Assembly: GCA_965216325.1 (NCBI GenBank)
Contig: OZ244160.1
Coordinates: 2,112,001-2,176,000 of the forward strand
DNA: 64,000 nt
Source: Coraliomargarita sp.
Lineage (GTDB): Bacteria > Verrucomicrobiota > Verrucomicrobiia > Opitutales > Coraliomargaritaceae
Reading direction: 5' to 3'
Positions 62,129 through 64,000 of this stretch are shown here, piece after piece. Numbering within the stretch: position 1 is the first letter of the stretch; each line of letters begins with the position of its first letter. Below the pieces are notes generated by a model. The model saw only the letters and a list, made by a program, of their open reading frames with translations. It ran no database searches and was not told the origin of the DNA. The translations under genes and the position numbers were made by a program.

Positions 62129-62154
62129 AGTGCGGAGCGTTTCCGCTCCGCACT
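62129..62154. other. Intergenic hairpin
   Basis: AGTGCGGAGCG-tttc-CGCTCCGCACT. Confidence 0.6.
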
Positions 62155-62175
62155 GTCCTTAAATTGCTTGGAAGT

Positions 62176-62619
62176 TTAGTCTGTGTGACCTTCGTCCCAC
62201 TCGTTTTCCGGAGCTTTCTCTTCTTCGTTAGTGCGAACTCCGTCGATGATGACATTGACGCGAGCCACGCTCTTGCTGGTCATCTTTTCGACTTGTTCGG
62301 CAATGCGCTGTTGGATTTGTCCGGCGACTGCAGCGAGTTCACAACCAAAGCGCAGGATGACGCGCACCTCGATGCGGTAGTCGCCCACTTCATCCTCGTC
62401 GACGCGCACGCCGCGCTCGTCGCCCTTGGATTTGAAGATTTCGGCGATGCCATCTACGAATCCGCCGCCGACGGCGGCAACACCGGAAACTTCGAGCGCT
62501 GCGAGACGCACGATGCTGGCGACCACGCTGTGGTTGATGCGGATGTCGCCGAGTGTGTTCGAGGCCTCGGAGACGGTTGGGATGCTGGTTTCCTTATTGT
62601 TTTCGGGTTCCTGGCTCAT
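62176..62619 (-). CDS. Asp23/Gls24 family protein
   Basis: [47 protein letters not shown]. Confidence 0.9.
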   Translation of the reverse strand: MSQEPENNKETSIPTVSEASNTLGDIRINHSVVASIVRLAALEVSGVAAVGGGFVDGIAEIFKSKGDERGVRVDEDEVGDYRIEVRVILRFGCELAAVAGQIQQRIAEQVEKMTSKSVARVNVIIDGVRTNEEEKAPENEWDEGHTD

Positions 62620-62644
62620 GTTCGCTGTCTTTTTGGTTCAGAGA

Positions 62645-64000
62645 TTAGGTGTAAAGATCCTTGGGCACGCGTTCCACGAATTCTTCGATGTATTTCGTGG
62701 TGGCTTCGCCTTCGCGGAAGACGCGGTCGCGAATGATTGCGCGTGAGAACGGAATGTTGGTCTTAATGCCGCGGATCAGGTATTCACCGAGCGCGCGGTC
62801 CATGCGGTCGAGTGCGAGTTCGCGGGTGCGGCCGAATGTCATGACCTTGGCGATCATGCTGTCGTAATGCGGTGGGATGGTGTAGCCGCTGTAGACATGA
62901 GAGTCGATGCGCACGCCGTGGCCACCTGGTGAGTAGTAGAGGCTGATCTCACCTGGGCAGGGTGCAAAGTTGCGGCCCGGATCTTCGGCGCAAACGCGGC
63001 ACTCGACGCAGTGGCGCAAGAACTTGATGTCCTTTTGCTCATAGCTGAGTTTTTGCCCGCCCGCGATGAGGAGCTGTTCCTTCACGAGGTCGACACCGGT
63101 GACTTCTTCGGTCACGCCGTGTTCCACCTGGATGCGGGTGTTCATTTCGATGAAGTAGTAATTCTGCTTCTCATCCATCAGGAACTCGATGGTGCCGGCA
63201 CCTTCGTAGTTAACGGACTTCGCCAGTTTGACCGCGTCTTCGCCCATCTTCTTGCGAGTCTTTTCGCTGATGAATGGGGAGGGCGCTTCTTCGATGACTT
63301 TTTGGTGGCGACGCTGGATTGAGCAGTCGCGCTCACCGAGGTGAATCACATTGCCGTGTTGGTCGCCGAGCACCTGAATCTCGATGTGGCGAGGGGCTTG
63401 CAGAAATTTTTCAATGTAGACCGCACCGTTGCCGAATGCGGCTTCAGCTTCGCTGCGGGCGCTGTTGTATTCCTTGACGAAAGCGACTGCGTTGTGCGCG
63501 GTGCGCATGCCCTTGCCGCCACCACCGGCGACCGCCTTAATGATAACGGGGAAGCCAATCTTTTTGGCAACTTCGAGTGCGGTCTTTTCGTCGTCGACGG
63601 TGCCATCACTGCCGGGGATGACGGGGACCTTGGCTTTGACTGCCATGTCGCGTGCTTTCGCCTTGTCGCCAAAGTTGATAATCGCGTCTGCGCCGGGGCC
63701 GATAAACTTGATGTTGCACTTTTCGCACTGCTCGGCGAAGTCAGCGTTTTCTGCGAGGAAGCCGTAGCCCGGGTGGATCGCGTCCACATCGGCAATCTCT
63801 GCCGCTGCAATAATGCGGTCGCCCTTTAGGTAGCTTTCGCGGCCGGCAGCAGGGCCAATGCAGATCGCTTCGTCTGCCAGTTGGACGTGTAGGGATTGCT
63901 CGTCGGCCTCGGAATAGACGGCCAAGGTCTTGATTCCGAGTTCGTTACAAGCGCGAACGATGCGAAGTGCGATTTCGCCTCGATTTGCGATGAGAACCTT
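62645..64000 (-). CDS. accC: Acetyl-CoA carboxylase biotin carboxylase subunit (start lies just outside the window)
   Basis: [11 protein letters not shown] at the window end, [34 protein letters not shown]. Confidence 0.96.
   Translation of the reverse strand, partial: KVLIANRGEIALRIVRACNELGIKTLAVYSEADEQSLHVQLADEAICIGPAAGRESYLKGDRIIAAAEIADVDAIHPGYGFLAENADFAEQCEKCNIKFIGPGADAIINFGDKAKARDMAVKAKVPVIPGSDGTVDDEKTALEVAKKIGFPVIIKAVAGGGGKGMRTAHNAVAFVKEYNSARSEAEAAFGNGAVYIEKFLQAPRHIEIQVLGDQHGNVIHLGERDCSIQRRHQKVIEEAPSPFISEKTRKKMGEDAVKLAKSVNYEGAGTIEFLMDEKQNYYFIEMNTRIQVEHGVTEEVTGVDLVKEQLLIAGGQKLSYEQKDIKFLRHCVECRVCAEDPGRNFAPCPGEISLYYSPGGHGVRIDSHVYSGYTIPPHYDSMIAKVMTFGRTRELALDRMDRALGEYLIRGIKTNIPFSRAIIRDRVFREGEATTKYIEEFVERVPKDLYT

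Overview
Bacterial chromosomal window. The gene content and intergenic repeat style suggest Verrucomicrobiota (Opitutae/Coraliomargarita-like); this is an inference. Housekeeping blocks (sigma-54 response regulator, yceH, oxidoreductases, HDAC, MscS; hisH, gltA, zwf-opcA, gltBD, asp23, accC) flank a ~24-kb AT-richer defence island (~15.3-39.4 kb). The island carries a complete DNA phosphorothioation (PT) system: a PT-associated methyltransferase plus dndB-C-D-E-A on the + strand, converging with dptF-G-H on the - strand. Downstream of dptH lie a GIY-YIG/DUF4357 nuclease, a small protein plus McrA-like HNH nuclease, and a small ORF/4-TM protein/DGQHR protein trio. DptF has an extra N-terminal HTH and is preceded by a truncated restriction-helicase remnant. 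Intergenic DNA holds several families of small palindromic elements, often nested: GTAG-type REPs that supply stop codons, a hairpin family that flanks a DUF559 nuclease gene in inverted orientation, a ~130-bp ATACCA/TGGTAT-ended element with exchangeable internal hairpins, and an IS4-like MITE with a 10-bp target duplication. Long direct repeats bracket single-gene cassettes (fic; DUF4160-DUF2442; cobB). No rRNA, tRNA, CRISPR array, integrase or transposase was recognised. Two single-base frameshifts in purine runs may be assembly errors. All family assignments come from motif recognition, not database searches.
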